Shown piece after piece: positions 49,758 to 62,769 of a DNA stretch of 64,000 nt. The DNA is from Lama guanicoe (taxonomy: Eukaryota), in assembly GCA_013239625.1 (NCBI GenBank), contig MU054187.1:10375231-10439230 (forward strand). Direction: 5' to 3'. A program made the translations under genes and the position numbers. The notes beneath the pieces are model-generated. The model saw only the letters and a program-made list of their open reading frames with translations. It was not told the DNA's origin and ran no database searches. Within the stretch, counting starts at the first letter, position 1; the number at the start of each line of letters is the position of its first letter.

Positions 49758-49882
49758 GGAGGGGGGAGGGTATAGTTCAAGTGGTAGAGCGGCATGCTTA
49801 GCATACAGGAGGTCCTGGCTTCAACCCCTAGTACCTCCTCTAAAAATAAATAAATACACCTAATTACCCCTCCCCAATAAAA
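49758..49882 (+). mobile_element. tRNA-Ala-derived SINE (Vic-1-like, long-tail form)
   Basis: gggagggtatagttcaagtggtagagcggcatgcttagcatacaggaggtcctggcttcaacccctagtacctcc followed by the tail aaataaataaatacacctaattacccctcccc. Perfect 12-bp TSD tatttactctag at 49746-49757 and 49883-49894. Confidence 0.92.
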
Positions 49883-50239
49883 TATTTACTCTAGAAAATC
49901 CCTTGAAACTTTATAGTGCAATGTAATATTTTGTAGTTGAATGGGCAGATGGTTACTTCAAGCAACGTGGTTACTTCAATTACTTCAGAAACTTTACCTG
50001 AGAATGTTCTCAGGACCCCGTGTGTTTGCATATTGAGGCATATCAGTGGTGTGAAGAGTCCTTCTTTAATGAGGACTATTTGTTGCTGAATCAATTAGGT
50101 TCAAAGTCCTAGTTTTATGACCAGCTAACTCTATATCTTATTTGTTCCTTGAAGTGAGGAGATTTCTTGAAGGAATATTGACTTGAAGGAATATTAATCA
50201 GTTTAAAATCTTCCACTATAATGAGCAGTTATGTAGAAG

Positions 50240-50360
50240 AGAAGAAAGGCGCATGCTTTGGAACTAGTCCAGCCTGGGTTCAAATGCTGACTCAGCCACT
50301 TGTCAACCGTGATATTTATTAGGAGATGATTTAACTTTCCTGATCCTCACTTTACCACCT
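50240..50360 (+). mobile_element. 5' half of a MIR, which resumes near 53200-53290 beyond the L1
   Basis: gctttggaactagtccagcctgggttcaaatgctgactcagccactt. After the L1 comes ggtttattgtgatcattagatgaaataatg. Confidence 0.65.
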
Positions 50361-50367
50361 ATATTTT

Positions 50368-53192
50368 AATTTTTTTTTTTAATTTTCCTTTGAGCAGTGT
50401 TAGGGTTAACATAAACTGAGTGGAAGATATAAAGGTTTCCTATATACTCCTTGACCCCATAGAGACCTGCCCTCCCCCAGTATCAACACCAGGCATCAGA
50501 ATGGTACATTTTACCAAGGATGAACCTGCACTCACACATCATAATCACCTAACATCCCTCCTTTACCTGAGGGCTAACTCTTGGTGGGTATATTCTGCGG
50601 GTTTGGATAAATGTATGAGGACACATATCCATTAGTACAGTATCATTCAGAGTACTTTTACTGCTCGAAAAATCCTCTGGGCTCTGCCTATTCATCTCCT
50701 CACCTCCCCCAACACTGGCAACCACGAATCTTTTAGTTATCTCCATAGTTTTGCCTTTTTCAGAATGTCGTATAGTTGGAATTACACAGTATACATGAAG
50801 GCTTTTCAGATTGGCTTCTTTCACTTAATAATATACTTTTTGTTGTTGTTGTTAATGGAGGTGCTGGGAATTGAACCCACTCTACCACTGAGCTGTACCC
50901 TCATTACCTTATCATATACATTTAAGGTTCTTCCATGTTTTTCCCCCAATGATTTAATAGATCATTTCTTTTTAGTGCTAAATCGTATTCCACTGTCTGG
51001 ACGTAGCACTGGTTTTCATTCATTTACTGGAGGACATCTTGGTTGCTTTTAAGCTTTGGAAATTATGAATAAAACTGCTATAATCATCTGTATACACATT
51101 TTTGCGTAAATACCAGGAAATGTGATTGATGGATCATATAGTAAGAGTATGTTTAGTTTTGTAAGAAACCACTGACCCGTCTTCCAAAGCAGCTGAACTG
51201 CTTTGCCTTCCCACCAGCAACGTATAAGAATTCCTGTTGTTCACCAGCTTTTGGTGTTGTCAGTGTTCTCGATTTTGGCCATTCTAATGGGTACATAGTA
51301 ATAGCTCATTGTTATTTTAATTTCCATTTCCTTGATGACATTTGATGTGGAGCATCTTTTCATGTATTTATTTGCCAACCTGTATGTCTTCTTTGGTGAA
51401 GTGTCTATTAGGGTCTTTTTTAATTGGGTAGTTTGTTTACTTATTGTTGAGTTTTAAGTGCTCTTCATATATTTTATATGAGTCCTTTATCAGAGGCATC
51501 TTTTGCAAATATTTTTCCCCCATAGATGACTTGTCTTCTAATTCTCTTGAAATTGTCTTTCACAAAGAAGAAGATTTTAATTTTAATGAACTCTAGCTTA
51601 TCAACTGTTTTTCTCATGGATCATGTCCTTGGCATTGTATCTAAAAAGGCACCACTATACTAAATGTCATTCTAGGTTTTCTTCTCTGTTATCTTCTAGG
51701 AATTTTACAGTTTTGCACTTTATATTTAGGTCTATAATACATTTTGAGCTAATTTTTGTGAAGGGTGTGAGGTCTGTGTCTAGTACATTTTTTTGCATGT
51801 GGGTGTCCAGTTGCTCCAGCTTCATTTGTTGAAGAGACTGTCTTTGCTCCATTGCCTTTGCTCCTTTGTCAAAGATGAGTTGACTATTTATGTGGGTGTA
51901 TTTCTGGGCTCTCTATTCTGTTCCATTGATCTACTTGCTGACTTTTTTCACCAATATCACATTATCTTGATGACTATAGCTTTATAGTAAGTCTTGAAGT
52001 TGGACAGCATCAGTCCTCCAATTTTGTTTCTCTCCTTCAGTCTTGTGTTGGCTATTCCAGATCTTTTGCCTCTTCAAATAGGATCAGTTTGTTGACGTCT
52101 ATAAAATAATTTGCTGGGATTTTGAATGAGATTGTGTTGAATCTGTAGATCAATTTGGGAAGAACTGACATCTTGACAATATTCATGGACATGGAATATC
52201 TCTCCATTTTAGTTCTTCTTTAGTTTTATCAGAATTTTATCATTTTCCTCATATAGACCTTGAACCTATTTTGTTAGATTTATATTGAAGTATTTTATTT
52301 TATTGAGTGCTAATGTAAATAGTGTTGTATTTTTAATCTTAAATTCTACTTGTTCATTTTTGGTTTGTAGAAAATCAGTTGACTTTTGTATATTAAACTT
52401 GTAGCCTGCAATCTTGCTGTATTCACTTATTAGTTCCAGGAAATTTTTTTTTTTTTACCAATTCTTTCGGATTTGCTATGTCATCTGTGAACAACAACAG
52501 TTTTATGTCTTTCTTCCCAATTTGTATAGCCTCTGTTTCCTTTTCTTGCCTTATTATATTAGCAAGAGTTCTCAGTACAATGTTGGAAAAGAATGGTAAG
52601 AAGGAACAGCCTTGCTTTGTACCTTATCTTAGTGGGAAATCTTCTAAATTCTCACCATTAATTATAATGTTAGCTGTTGGCTTTTTATATATAGTCTTTA
52701 TCAGATTGAAAGTTCCTCTCTCTCCCTAATTTACTGAGAGGGTTTTTTTTTTAATCATGAATGGGTTATTGGATTTTGTCATACTCCTTTTCTGATCTAC
52801 TAACATGATTATGAAGTTTTCTTTTCTTGTCTGCTGATGAGATGGATTATGTTAGTTGACTTTCAAATGTTCAATTAGCCTTGCTAACTGGGATAAACTC
52901 CATTTGGTCATGATGTATAACTTTTCTTATACTGTTTTTGAATTTGATTTGCTAAAATATTTTGAGGCTATTTCATCTATGTTCATGAGAGATATTGGTC
53001 TATAGTTTTCTGTAATGTCTTTGTGTGGCTTTGTTATTAAGGTAAGGCTGGCCTCATGGAATAAATTAGGAAGCATTCCCTCTGCTTCTATCTTATGAAA
53101 GAGGTTATAGAGAATTGGCATCATTTCTTCCTTAAATGTTGGTAGAGTCCACAAGTGAAACCATCTGGTTCTGATGGGCTTTCTGTTTTGGA
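50368..53192 (-). mobile_element. About 2.8-kb L1MC/L1MB-like LINE-1 (3' UTR plus decayed ORF2 including RT)
   Basis: ORF 52927..53154(-) gives [39 protein letters not shown]...[12 protein letters not shown], an L1 ORF2 RT-region sequence. ORF 51667..51852(-) gives LDTDLTPFTKISSKCIIDLNIKCKTVKFLEDN, also L1 ORF2. Stops and frameshifts throughout. Confidence 0.95.
50837..50902 (-). mobile_element. Internally deleted tRNA-Ala-derived SINE nested in L1
   Basis: The reverse complement reads GAGGGTACAGCTCAGTGGTAGAG|TGGGTTCAATTCCCAGCACCTCCATT(AAC)4AAAAA. Imperfect TSD cttaataatatac / ccttatcatatac. Confidence 0.85.
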
Positions 53193-54364
53193 TAAATTGG
53201 TTTTAATTTTGCTGATGTCGTAGGTTTATTGTGATCATTAGATGAAATAATGAATGGAACATAATCTGGTAGTGGTAATAATAATAAGGATAATAATAAT
53301 AATTCAATCCCAGGTCGGATTCAAAAGCTTCCTCTAGATAGCTATGTGTTTCTGAAACGGATGTATTTCCAGTTAGATACAATAGTAATTTAAATGTGGA
53401 CAGGATTTGGCAACTCTTTTTACATTACTATTATGTAGTTTTATCCTTGAAATTACCATTTGCTTGCAGGACTTATCCCTATTCTGATGAGAAGATGAAG
53501 TGTGGGAATGGCTGGGTATCTGCTTCAGGCTCACGCAGCCAGCTTAGTGTCTGAGCCCGGTGGTGAAATCAGAGGGTCTCATTACCTTATAGTGTATTAA
53601 TTGGACCAGACTTATGTAGATTGAAATGAATATTAGATCAAATATAATAATATTCAGCATGATGATTCACACATAATACATTTTTCATGGTTGTCAAATG
53701 AACGGGTCCACTTAAGATATTACTAAGTGTGGCAAAACCTAAGAATTCTTTTACTTTTTTATTTATGATAGTCAAAGTAATTAAATATTAAACCTATTTG
53801 TAGTACAAACTGAAGGAAAGCTGGAAGATACTTATAGCACTAAATCATTTTTAATAGAGTTGGAAATAACTTCTTTTAAGACAACAAAGAGAATTTTGTA
53901 TTAATCTCTTATGTGACAAATGCTTCACTATAATTTAGCTTTTCTAATATTTCACATGGAGTGTTTTCGAATTTTGATTGTTGCAATATGCCAATTTCAC
54001 ATCCTATTCCTGTGTTAGTATTTTTAATATCTAGTGTGTAATCAATTTCTTTTTCCTTTTACCCTCAACATGTACACACTTGCTCAGAGTTTAGTTTCTC
54101 ATCACTTACTTGATGGAGCTTTAAACTTTTTGAACAGCACATGGACATTGCAATAATTTAATTACTGTAATCTGGAATTATTTAAAATTTATAGTGTTCT
54201 GTCTGAGAAAAAATTTTTTTAAAGGTAAAGTCATGACTCTCATACAAATATAAAATGAGCATATGCCAAATATTTTATCTCATTAATTAAATGAGGAAAC
54301 AAAATAACTGGTTCAAAGCAGAGACATTTACAGATCAGAAACAATGAATATGTTAGCCATTATA

Positions 54365-54560
54365 TATAAAAATAGACTTAAAACATTTCTTCTGTATAGC
54401 ACAGGAAACTATATTCAGTATCTTATAATAAACTTTAATGAAAAAGAATATGAAAACAAATATATGTATATCTATGCATGACTAGGACATTGTACTGTAC
54501 TCTGGAAATGGACACATTGTAACTACCTGTACTTCAGTTAAAATAATAATAATGAATAAA
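54365..54560 (+). mobile_element. Short LINE-1 3' end insertion
   Basis: ctgtatagcacaggaaactatattcagtatctt...aatgaaaaagaatatgaaaa...gacacattgtaact, followed by an A-rich tail. Confidence 0.9.
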
Positions 54561-56031
54561 TGTGCAAATGAATGCAATGCAGCTTCCCCCCCCCACTATG
54601 TCCTCTCTTCTCTGGGAGCAGAGAGTTAGGAAGAGACTTTCCTCTACTGGACAATATTTATTTGTACGCCTATAGACAGGCATTATTGCACTGCCACCAG
54701 TGTTCTGTAATTTACAGAGCTGTAAAATATCTCAAAGACAATGAAGGCACAGAGTCCCCACAGAATCAGTTGGCCCTGAAGACTGTGCTCTGCAGTTTTA
54801 AACACTGCAGTTTTCCACTAAGGCACATATTTTGCCTTACACTTGGAAATGGTGATAGGACCTTTCAGTCTATGAAACATTGTAGTCAGGTTGCTGTGAA
54901 CATTCACTGTTATTGTTTTACTGTAGCTTATCTTGAGACAGAAACACTTGTTCAGTTCTTAGAGCAAATCTGAATATTAAAAGGAGTCATGGAGATTGCA
55001 TTTTGGCAAGAGAGAATGGGTATCGGGGTAATTTCTAAGCTTGCATGTTTTAACAAAATCATGGAAAAGTGAAATAAGCAATTTGGACCTTTGGAAGATC
55101 CTTATGATCTCTTCTGAGTCTATCATTCGAAGAATTTCTTGCAAAGAAATAATTTCTTTGTACCCCAACACCACCCATCTATTGAATCAGAGTCTTAGAT
55201 CTGAGTGAGAGCTTTCTCGAATTGGGCTCTTCTCCAGCCCTGGAAGGAGAAGTGATCTCCTGCAGAACTTGCTCTAATGTGCATGTTGCTCCCTGCTCTT
55301 TACAAACTTGGTGTAGATATCTCATCTTGAAGCTTAGCGAGGGAACATGGCTCCGATTTTAATAAGTATCAATGACTGGACCTGGTAATGGGGGGCCCAG
55401 AGGCGTCCTTAACACCAGGGACCACTCATTGCTGGTGAAAGAACCTCCTTAGCGGCCCTTGTTTGCAACTTGCCAATCAGGAGGAAAGCAAACAAATGTT
55501 AAAAGGAGAGGGAAAGGAAAATGGAGATTTGTTATTTTTTGGCACCTCTGTTATATTTGAGGAATGTTGGTGCCTTCATTTTTGAGGGCTTTTAAAATTA
55601 TTTTGTTTGTTTCTCACTACGATCAATGTGTTTGGATAGGTTAGTGTATAGCATTTGGTGGAGTTTTCATTTTTCCCTGGATGAGAATGCAGTTCTCATT
55701 GGCATTAATGACGATTCCACGTTGCTCATCTCCCAATTTGCTGACTGTCTTTTTCCTTTGGGAAAAATGGATATTTTCTTTCTGCCTCTCCTAAAACTTT
55801 TCCAGTCCTAAGCATTTAGGTAGATTTAAAATGTGCTTTAAAGCCTATTCCTCTATTTATAGCTTCCAAATATTTACAGTTTTTATCTTTGGACAAGTTA
55901 TTTGGTGCACATATAGGAGTAAATAAGTGATGAAAAAATGTATTAAATTAAGATTTTAATTCCTTTAGTAGAATGCTTAATCCATCCTTCATTAAGAAAA
56001 AATACACATTTGTAACAAACTCCTTGTCTTG

Positions 56032-56064
56032 GGTGTATGTGTATGTGTGTGTGTGTGTGTGTGT
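56032..56064. repeat. (TG)n microsatellite
   Basis: Directly visible in the sequence. Confidence 0.9.
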
Positions 56065-57100
56065 TCCTGCATCTGTTATAGACTCATGAGATTATTTTGG
56101 TCTAAATTGTAATTGTCCTTTTTTGGAAATCAATACAGAATAACAAGGCATATTTCCTCTAGATAATAGTAACTCTTTAAAAGGAAAGTACCTTTGGCCA
56201 TTGTTTCATTTTTGGAGGTTCAGATTATTTTAGCATGATTAATGAAAGCAGCAGTTCCCTGACATTCTTAGTAGTCATATCCTGTTAGATTAAGACCTCG
56301 CTTTACCCAATTTTTGGTTAAATGCTCTAATTACAGATAGATGCAACACAAAGAGTTCTTGCTTTTGACTGTGGCAGAATCTGGAAACTGTAGTTTTGAT
56401 CAAACCATGGAGATTAGAGAGACTAAATAAAGTCCAAGTCTAGCCACCTCGTCATCCAGCTTTAGTTTCAATTTCATTGACTAATCTCGGGTTGTTTTAT
56501 AGTTTATTGGGAACTCAAAGAAGCCTACCATACAAATCAATAACTGATAGAATGTTGAAATGCCCCAGTACTACTAACTTGCTTAAGGAAAATACCTCCC
56601 CAGCTTGTATTCCCTTCATCCTTCTCCTTCTTAACGTGGCTGATGGCTCTGAGGAGGAAGAGAAAGAGCCTGATCAGGTCACGCCAGGACCTTTGTGCCC
56701 TCTGCCCTTGCTGGTCTTCATGGTCCTTATATGCTTGAAGCTGTAGTTTTGTGATGCATTAGGAGTCCCCTCTCTGGCCCCCTGGACTCGATTTTGCAAG
56801 GTGCTCCTCTGGTTTCCCCCCAAATTTCAAATCAGAGTTTCTCTGTCCTCCCACCACCCCTGCACCTTTCCCCTGAATTACTATAAAGGCCAAAATTTAT
56901 CTTCAGTCTGGCCATTCTCCATTATTTTCAATGCATCCAGGATAATCTTTCTTAAAACCCAAATTTCAACTTGTCATTCTCTGCTGTCAAGGCTTCGGTG
57001 ATCTCTTTCCTCTCAGCATCTTCGGGAAGGGACAGAAGCCCCATGTATGGCTCCAGCCACGGCTCGTGCCAGGCCTTGCCTCACACGCTGCGTTCCAGTC

Positions 57101-57289
57101 CAGGGATGTGAGAGTGGGATCCTCTGGTCAGCAGCTTCAGCACCACCTGGGAACTTATTAGACAGGCAGACTCCTCAGGGTTCCACTTCAGATCCACTGC
57201 ATTGGAAACACTGGGATGGAGCCCAGCAATTTGTGCTTTAACAAGCCCTCTAGGCGTTGCTAAGGCGGGCTCAAGTTTGAGAACCTTTG
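57101..57289 (+). mobile_element. MER5A (hAT-Charlie), inserted in an L2 remnant spanning about 56860-57700
   Basis: cagcagcttcagcaccacctgggaacttattaga...gcccagcaatttgtgctttaacaagccctc...aagtttgagaacc. Confidence 0.88.
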
Positions 57290-57848
57290 TTGTCATCCCA
57301 AGCACTTGGAATTCTAAAGCCTCCTTTTTCTTTCTCACTTCCAAGTTGATTATCCCCTCACAGTTCCCACCATTCCACCCCCATCATCTTCACTGGGCCA
57401 CCTCCTGTTTGTCCTTCAGTAGAAGATATAATCTCCCCTGGTTGTTATATAAATCCCCAAACTAGGTCCCACATCCCTTATTGGTGTCCCCATGGAGACC
57501 CTGCGGTTTTTTTTTTGCTAGCCTTTCACCTAATGGCCTGAGTTTTCTGTACCATGTTCCCTCCAACCCCCAAGCCCGTATGTACCACAAAAATAGGGCA
57601 ATAAGTGATAGTTCACGCAATTCCTTTTTTCTCAGCTGAGCATCATGCCCGAAGCCGAACAGGTGAGTTAAGTGTAAAACAAATGTCTGTTGAATGAATA
57701 TGTTATCTATTTGCTTTATATCAGCTTCTAATTGTCACTTAGGATGACTGATACATGGTCATGATGTTTCCTTATTTGACTTTAAGATTGAGAAAAAAAT
57801 CCCTGGGGGTATGGGTCATTCTTTTGGTATGTCTTCCTTTTCTTTCAG

Positions 57849-57915
57849 CAGTGCTAAAGCCACATCTTCTGCACGCAGAATTTCGTTTCAAAGCATTACT
57901 TGAAATGGCACACCA
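57849..57915 (+). other. Candidate 67-nt exon of an unidentified transcript
   Basis: A long pyrimidine tract plus CAG acceptor (tcttcctttttctttcag) and a CA|GTAAGT donor, in non-repeat DNA. One frame is open (VLKPHLLHAEFRFKALLEMAH). Confidence 0.3.
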
Positions 57916-58997
57916 GTAAGTGCTCAGCATCACTGATTATCTTCAGGAGGAGGATGGGGGTGTGGGCAGGATCATATTTATAACCAGACTAATTTTGAAT
58001 GAGCCTTCATTAGTCATTTTGCTTCATGCGTGTTAGCGCGTGGTGATGAATAGTGCACAAAGTCTTCTGGAGTTTGCCTGGAAGACTGGTCTTATTTATT
58101 TATCTGGATTTTGAAAGTATGTTCCCGTATTGCCAAACGTGTAGTCTTTTCATATAATTAAAAGCATTTATTCCAGAGGAAAAAAAAATTGCTGGCAGAT
58201 AATCAAAAGCGAATGAATTCCTTCAAATCATTGAATGATCTCTAACAGAGTAATTCCACCCCAAATAGCACCCCGATGGGTAACTTGAAAGAATAAACAA
58301 GGAAGCCTTTAAGGTGTATCTTAATCGTTTCCAGGTTCATGCTTAATAAAATCAGTGGATGAGTTGAGTCAGGGTCCCATCTTACCGAATAGCTGCTGAG
58401 ACTCCTTTAGAGATAATCAGTGAAGATAATCTGAACGTGATTTCAAATACAAAGTTGATGGTAACGCCAATAATGCCAAATATCATCAATTACTTCACTT
58501 CTAACATGAAGCAAATAAGAAGTAAACATTGAAACATATACCTTATGTGGTCCAGTTCCAGCCTTTGGAATATTCTGTTCAGTGTGTGAGAGAATAAACT
58601 CGTAAGAGCAAGGGGATTTTAATAGGATTGAAAGATCTTAATCAATTCTTTCTGAAAAGAATTGTTGTCTCCTTACTGATATTTATAGGCCACTATTGAA
58701 GTTCACATGGTGTAATATAAAGCCAACTCATTGAAATACTTTCTGCAGAGACATGTGCCCTGGAAATACAGGTTTTGTTGTGGATCAGATGACTAGCTAT
58801 TCATCTTCAAGGGTGGTGTTGCTTCTGGGTTTTGTAATAGGTGCAGCAGTTCCTAAAGACGGTCTAGGTGATGAGATGTTAGGATTGTGAAATTGGACCG
58901 TGGTCCTCAGATCTCAAATGAGTGTATGGAACATGGTGATCTCCAGGGATCCTTGCTACTTTTCTAAAGTGGAGGCTTGCCTAATAATAATAATAAT

Positions 58998-59210
58998 AAA
59001 AAAGCCTTTGTAGTCAGACAGCCCTGGAGTTACCATCTGCTGACTGTGATCCTGGAGAGTTATTCAGTCTCCGAGTCTCACTTTGCACACCTGCAAATTG
59101 AGAACGCTAGTGCCTGTATCATCGAATTACAATACAATTTCATTCATAGTTACTGAAACTAAAATACATGGTGTGGTGCCTGGTGGGGCGAAGGTGCTCA
59201 TTCGTGAGAG
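58998..59210 (+). mobile_element. MIR SINE
   Basis: gcctttgtagtcagacagccctgg...ctgtgatcctggagagttattcagtctccgagtctcactttgcacacctgcaaattgaga. Confidence 0.75.
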
Positions 59211-59789
59211 GCATTATGGGTTAAGTATGGTTCTACCTCTGCCAAGAATTGTGTGTAACTTTAAAAAATCCACATAAACTGAAGTTGTTATCACCAGTCA
59301 AACCCAGCCTCTAAGATCTAACAGTAACCATAATTGTGAGGCTCTCAACAGATGGGAAGTGCCTTTAGGTGAGAGTATCAACCATGGTCAGGCTGATCTA
59401 TTCTCACTGGGAAAAATGTCCTGTGGTCATTATTTTTGGGGGGTAATTTACTATTTAAAAATAGGTTGCCTTGAGAGAGAAGGGAAAGTGCTGAAAGGAT
59501 GGATTTTCATAAAATTTGGAAAACAGTTCCATAGCTCTACGCATACTCCCTAAAGCAGTTGCTAAAAATGGTGCTTAGTGCTGTATTCCCTTGGCTCAGA
59601 GCCACGAACTTGCTATGGGTACATTGAAAATAATTCAGGAAATACCTCATTAAGAGAAGTTAATTTATCCTTTCTTCAGGCAGCTTCATCTGTGCCGAAT
59701 CTAAACCACTCTCAAAGGTCTATGCCTCGGTTGAAAAGAAATATATTCCTTTTGGGGGGAGGTACTCCAGGTCACAACTGTTTGCAGTT

Positions 59790-60375
59790 GAATCAACTTT
59801 AAAACTAAAGTCAGTTCATGCCATCCCACTTCTCAAAACATCCCAACAGCATCCTAGCTCACACAAATCCTCACTTTGGTCTCCACAGCCCTGCACAACT
59901 ACTGGCCATCTTCCCCTCTGACCTCATCTACTCTCATTCTCTCCACCCTTCAGCTTTAGTCACATCGGCCTCCCAGACAGCCTCCTGCTGCAGGACCTTG
60001 ACACCTGCCCCACCTCTGCCTAGAAGCCTCTTTGCCCAGACACCATCAATCTTATGCTTCCTTCCCTCAACTCCTTCAGGCCTCCTGACATCGTCACTGT
60101 CTCACTGTGGCCACCCTTTCTGTTTCTGCAAGACTCCAATTCTTTCCCCCTTCCGTCAGTTATTTATTCCTCCTGAGTAACTGTGATTACATAATATTCC
60201 ATACATTTTATTTATTTATCTTGTTAATTGTCTCCACTACCTTGTGAGTTACAGGAGAGCAGGTGTGTGCTTGTTTCTAATCTGTTGTATTCACTGCTTA
60301 GACAGTATTTAAAATAGGACCTGGTCCAGGATAGGCTGTCAACTCATTTTTATTGAGTGAATGAATAAATGAATG
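59790..60375. mobile_element. L2 3' region
   Basis: cctctgacctcatctact...caggaccttgacacctg...ctctgcctagaa, ending in tattgagtgaatgaataaatgaatg. Confidence 0.85.
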
Positions 60376-62357
60376 TTGATAATCTGAGGAGAGATGACTC
60401 ATTGGGACAAATCTTCAGAGGTCTTAGAGCATAAGCTCCCCAAAGAAAAGATGAAGTCTTGCTAATTCTCTACTGCTTCCTTAGAGCTTTGCAAAGCTCT
60501 GGAAAATAATGGGCATGCACTAAATATTTGTTTTATTTTATTTGTTTGTCTGTTTATTTTTTAAGCCTCCTAATCATCACTGAATGTCTTGAAATAAAAC
60601 ATCATGCTTTGAGCAACTGGTTTCTTATTATAATTTGGCTATCAATTTTGTTTTAGGAGTTTAAATAAATTCCTTATTTCTGAGCCTCAATCATCACATC
60701 TTTGATTGGAAGCAATATTACTTTTTAGTGTAATTACCTAAGAATTAAACTAACTAAACTACATACAATGTATATAGATGGTAAAATTGTAATAAACATC
60801 ATATGTTATTTTTTTCTTTTTTGAATATCATTCTAGTTCTAAAATGGTTCTTCTGATACAATTTACATTTGCATTGTTCTCTTTGAGGAAGAGTTTAAAA
60901 TCTCAGCTACAACACAACCATCTGTAACAATCAAACAAATCGTAGATTCATATTCTCAAGGTCCTCTCGAAAGTTCAAGCTACACCTGTGCAGGAAGCAT
61001 TATATCACATAAACAAGGTCTCAATCATTGACTACCAACAAAAAAGAGAAAAGAGGGGGAGGAATCTACAGCTTCCACAGGAAATTTCAAGCACAGATTC
61101 TCACAGTGGCTTCTATTCACTTGTTGTTACTGCTTTGACCATTGTTTTAACTCTGGCTCAAAGAGAGACATTAGTTTCATGATTCTTTTTCCTCCTTAAA
61201 GCAGAGTCCTGTCGCTGCTCTTTAATCTTCATGATTGTAATCCTTGCACAAGTCAGTCCTGCTGAATTCAGCTAGGGAACCTGGGAAGTCAAACATTAAA
61301 GTCTGGAAGTTAAATTTAAAGTGGAAATTTTTTTATTCCAAGTGCCATAAAATGTGTATATAGTTCCGTCAACTGTGGCCCCAGAAATCAGTCTCTGTTG
61401 GAAGGCATGCTTCATTAACTTTCGATTTATGTAGCCCTGGGCCAGACTGGAGCACCATCTTATAAAAGTAATAGTATTACGGCTATAATTTTTCTTCTTA
61501 TTATCAGGAGTAGAAGATTTGTAAGAGGAATTGTTTTAAGGGAATCTTGATAAGGGAACTAATAGAATACTTCAGAGAGATTTCAAAATTTATCCCAATT
61601 GTGAACTTGCCCTATTTGTCTAAATTCCCGGAATTTATTTTTGTTTTGTGCTAAATAGCCTTTGACTCATTTATCTCATTAGTCCTTCTTTGCTAAACTT
61701 TAATTAAGTTTTCAGAGAGACCAGGGTTAGAAAATAGCACTAATTGTATGTGGTGTAATTTGTTGTCTGAGTTGGTAAAAATGTCTCTGTTTTGGCGATT
61801 TTTAGTCATTTTCTGGCTCTCTTCAGAGCAGTTAAAACTTTAAACAATTTTTTTTAAGTAACTAGAGCAACTGTGAACTCACAATTCAAATACGTGTGGA
61901 AATACCTTTAGAATATTATACATACATTGGGCGTAATTTCCTTGAAATAATAATATTATGTTTAGATTGCATTTAAATAATGATCTACAAAGTTGGTTTT
62001 GAAAGATCCTGAAATTCAAGTAGAATGGCTCCTAGTTTCCATCCAAACTAAATTTGAGCTTAATGCAGCAACATTTTGTTGAGCACGTGTTTTAGTCGAG
62101 ATAACATGTTGTTCCTCTCATCTCTAAACTGATTCTTGATTCCTCTTCAAATCCAGTGGGGAAAAATAACAGCATAGTTTTTATTTTCTAGATCCTCTTG
62201 GTTGATTTTCAAGATCCTCTCCGTAGTCCTTTGCCTTACATGCTCTGCTACCTCATGCTCTTAGGAGGAAGATGTGGTATTTAGAAAATGTATGGTTGAG
62301 GTAATATGTTTAAATTTTTCATTTATTTGTTCAACAAATATTCACTGAGCACTGCCT

Positions 62358-62760
62358 CATTACTTATTACTGAGTTAACAAACCACCTCCAAACTGGGTA
62401 GCTCAAAATAACAATCTTATTATTTCGTGTGATTCTGTGGGTTGGCTAGGGCTCAGCTAGTGTTGTTCTGCTGGTCTTGCTTGGGGTCTGTCATGAGATT
62501 GCAGTCAGATGGCAGGATCATCCAAGGTGACCCTTTACTCATGCACTGAGCACCTAAGGGCTCCTATCGTGACTTTTTCCTCCAACATGTTGCCTAGATT
62601 TCTTATATAGTGGCTCAGGACTCTGAGAGGCAGTTACTGGAAGCTTCCACTCTTCTGCAAGCCTCAAAATCCCAAGATATCACTTCCATTGTGCTCCACT
62701 GGTTAAAGCCAATCACAAGATAAGACCATTTTCAAAAGATTTTTAAAAGAGGAAATTGAA
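62358..62760 (-). mobile_element. MLT1G/H-like MaLR LTR
   Basis: taacaaaccacctccaaact...gctcaaaataacaatc...gattctgtgggttggctagggctcagct...tcacttccattgtgctccactggttaaagc. Confidence 0.8.
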
Positions 62761-62769
62761 GGTTTCAGC

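Noticed and set aside
51667..53154. Reverse-transcriptase-like ORFs as an active or novel RT system
   Set aside because: They are short fragments of ordinary L1 ORF2 separated by stops and frameshifts.
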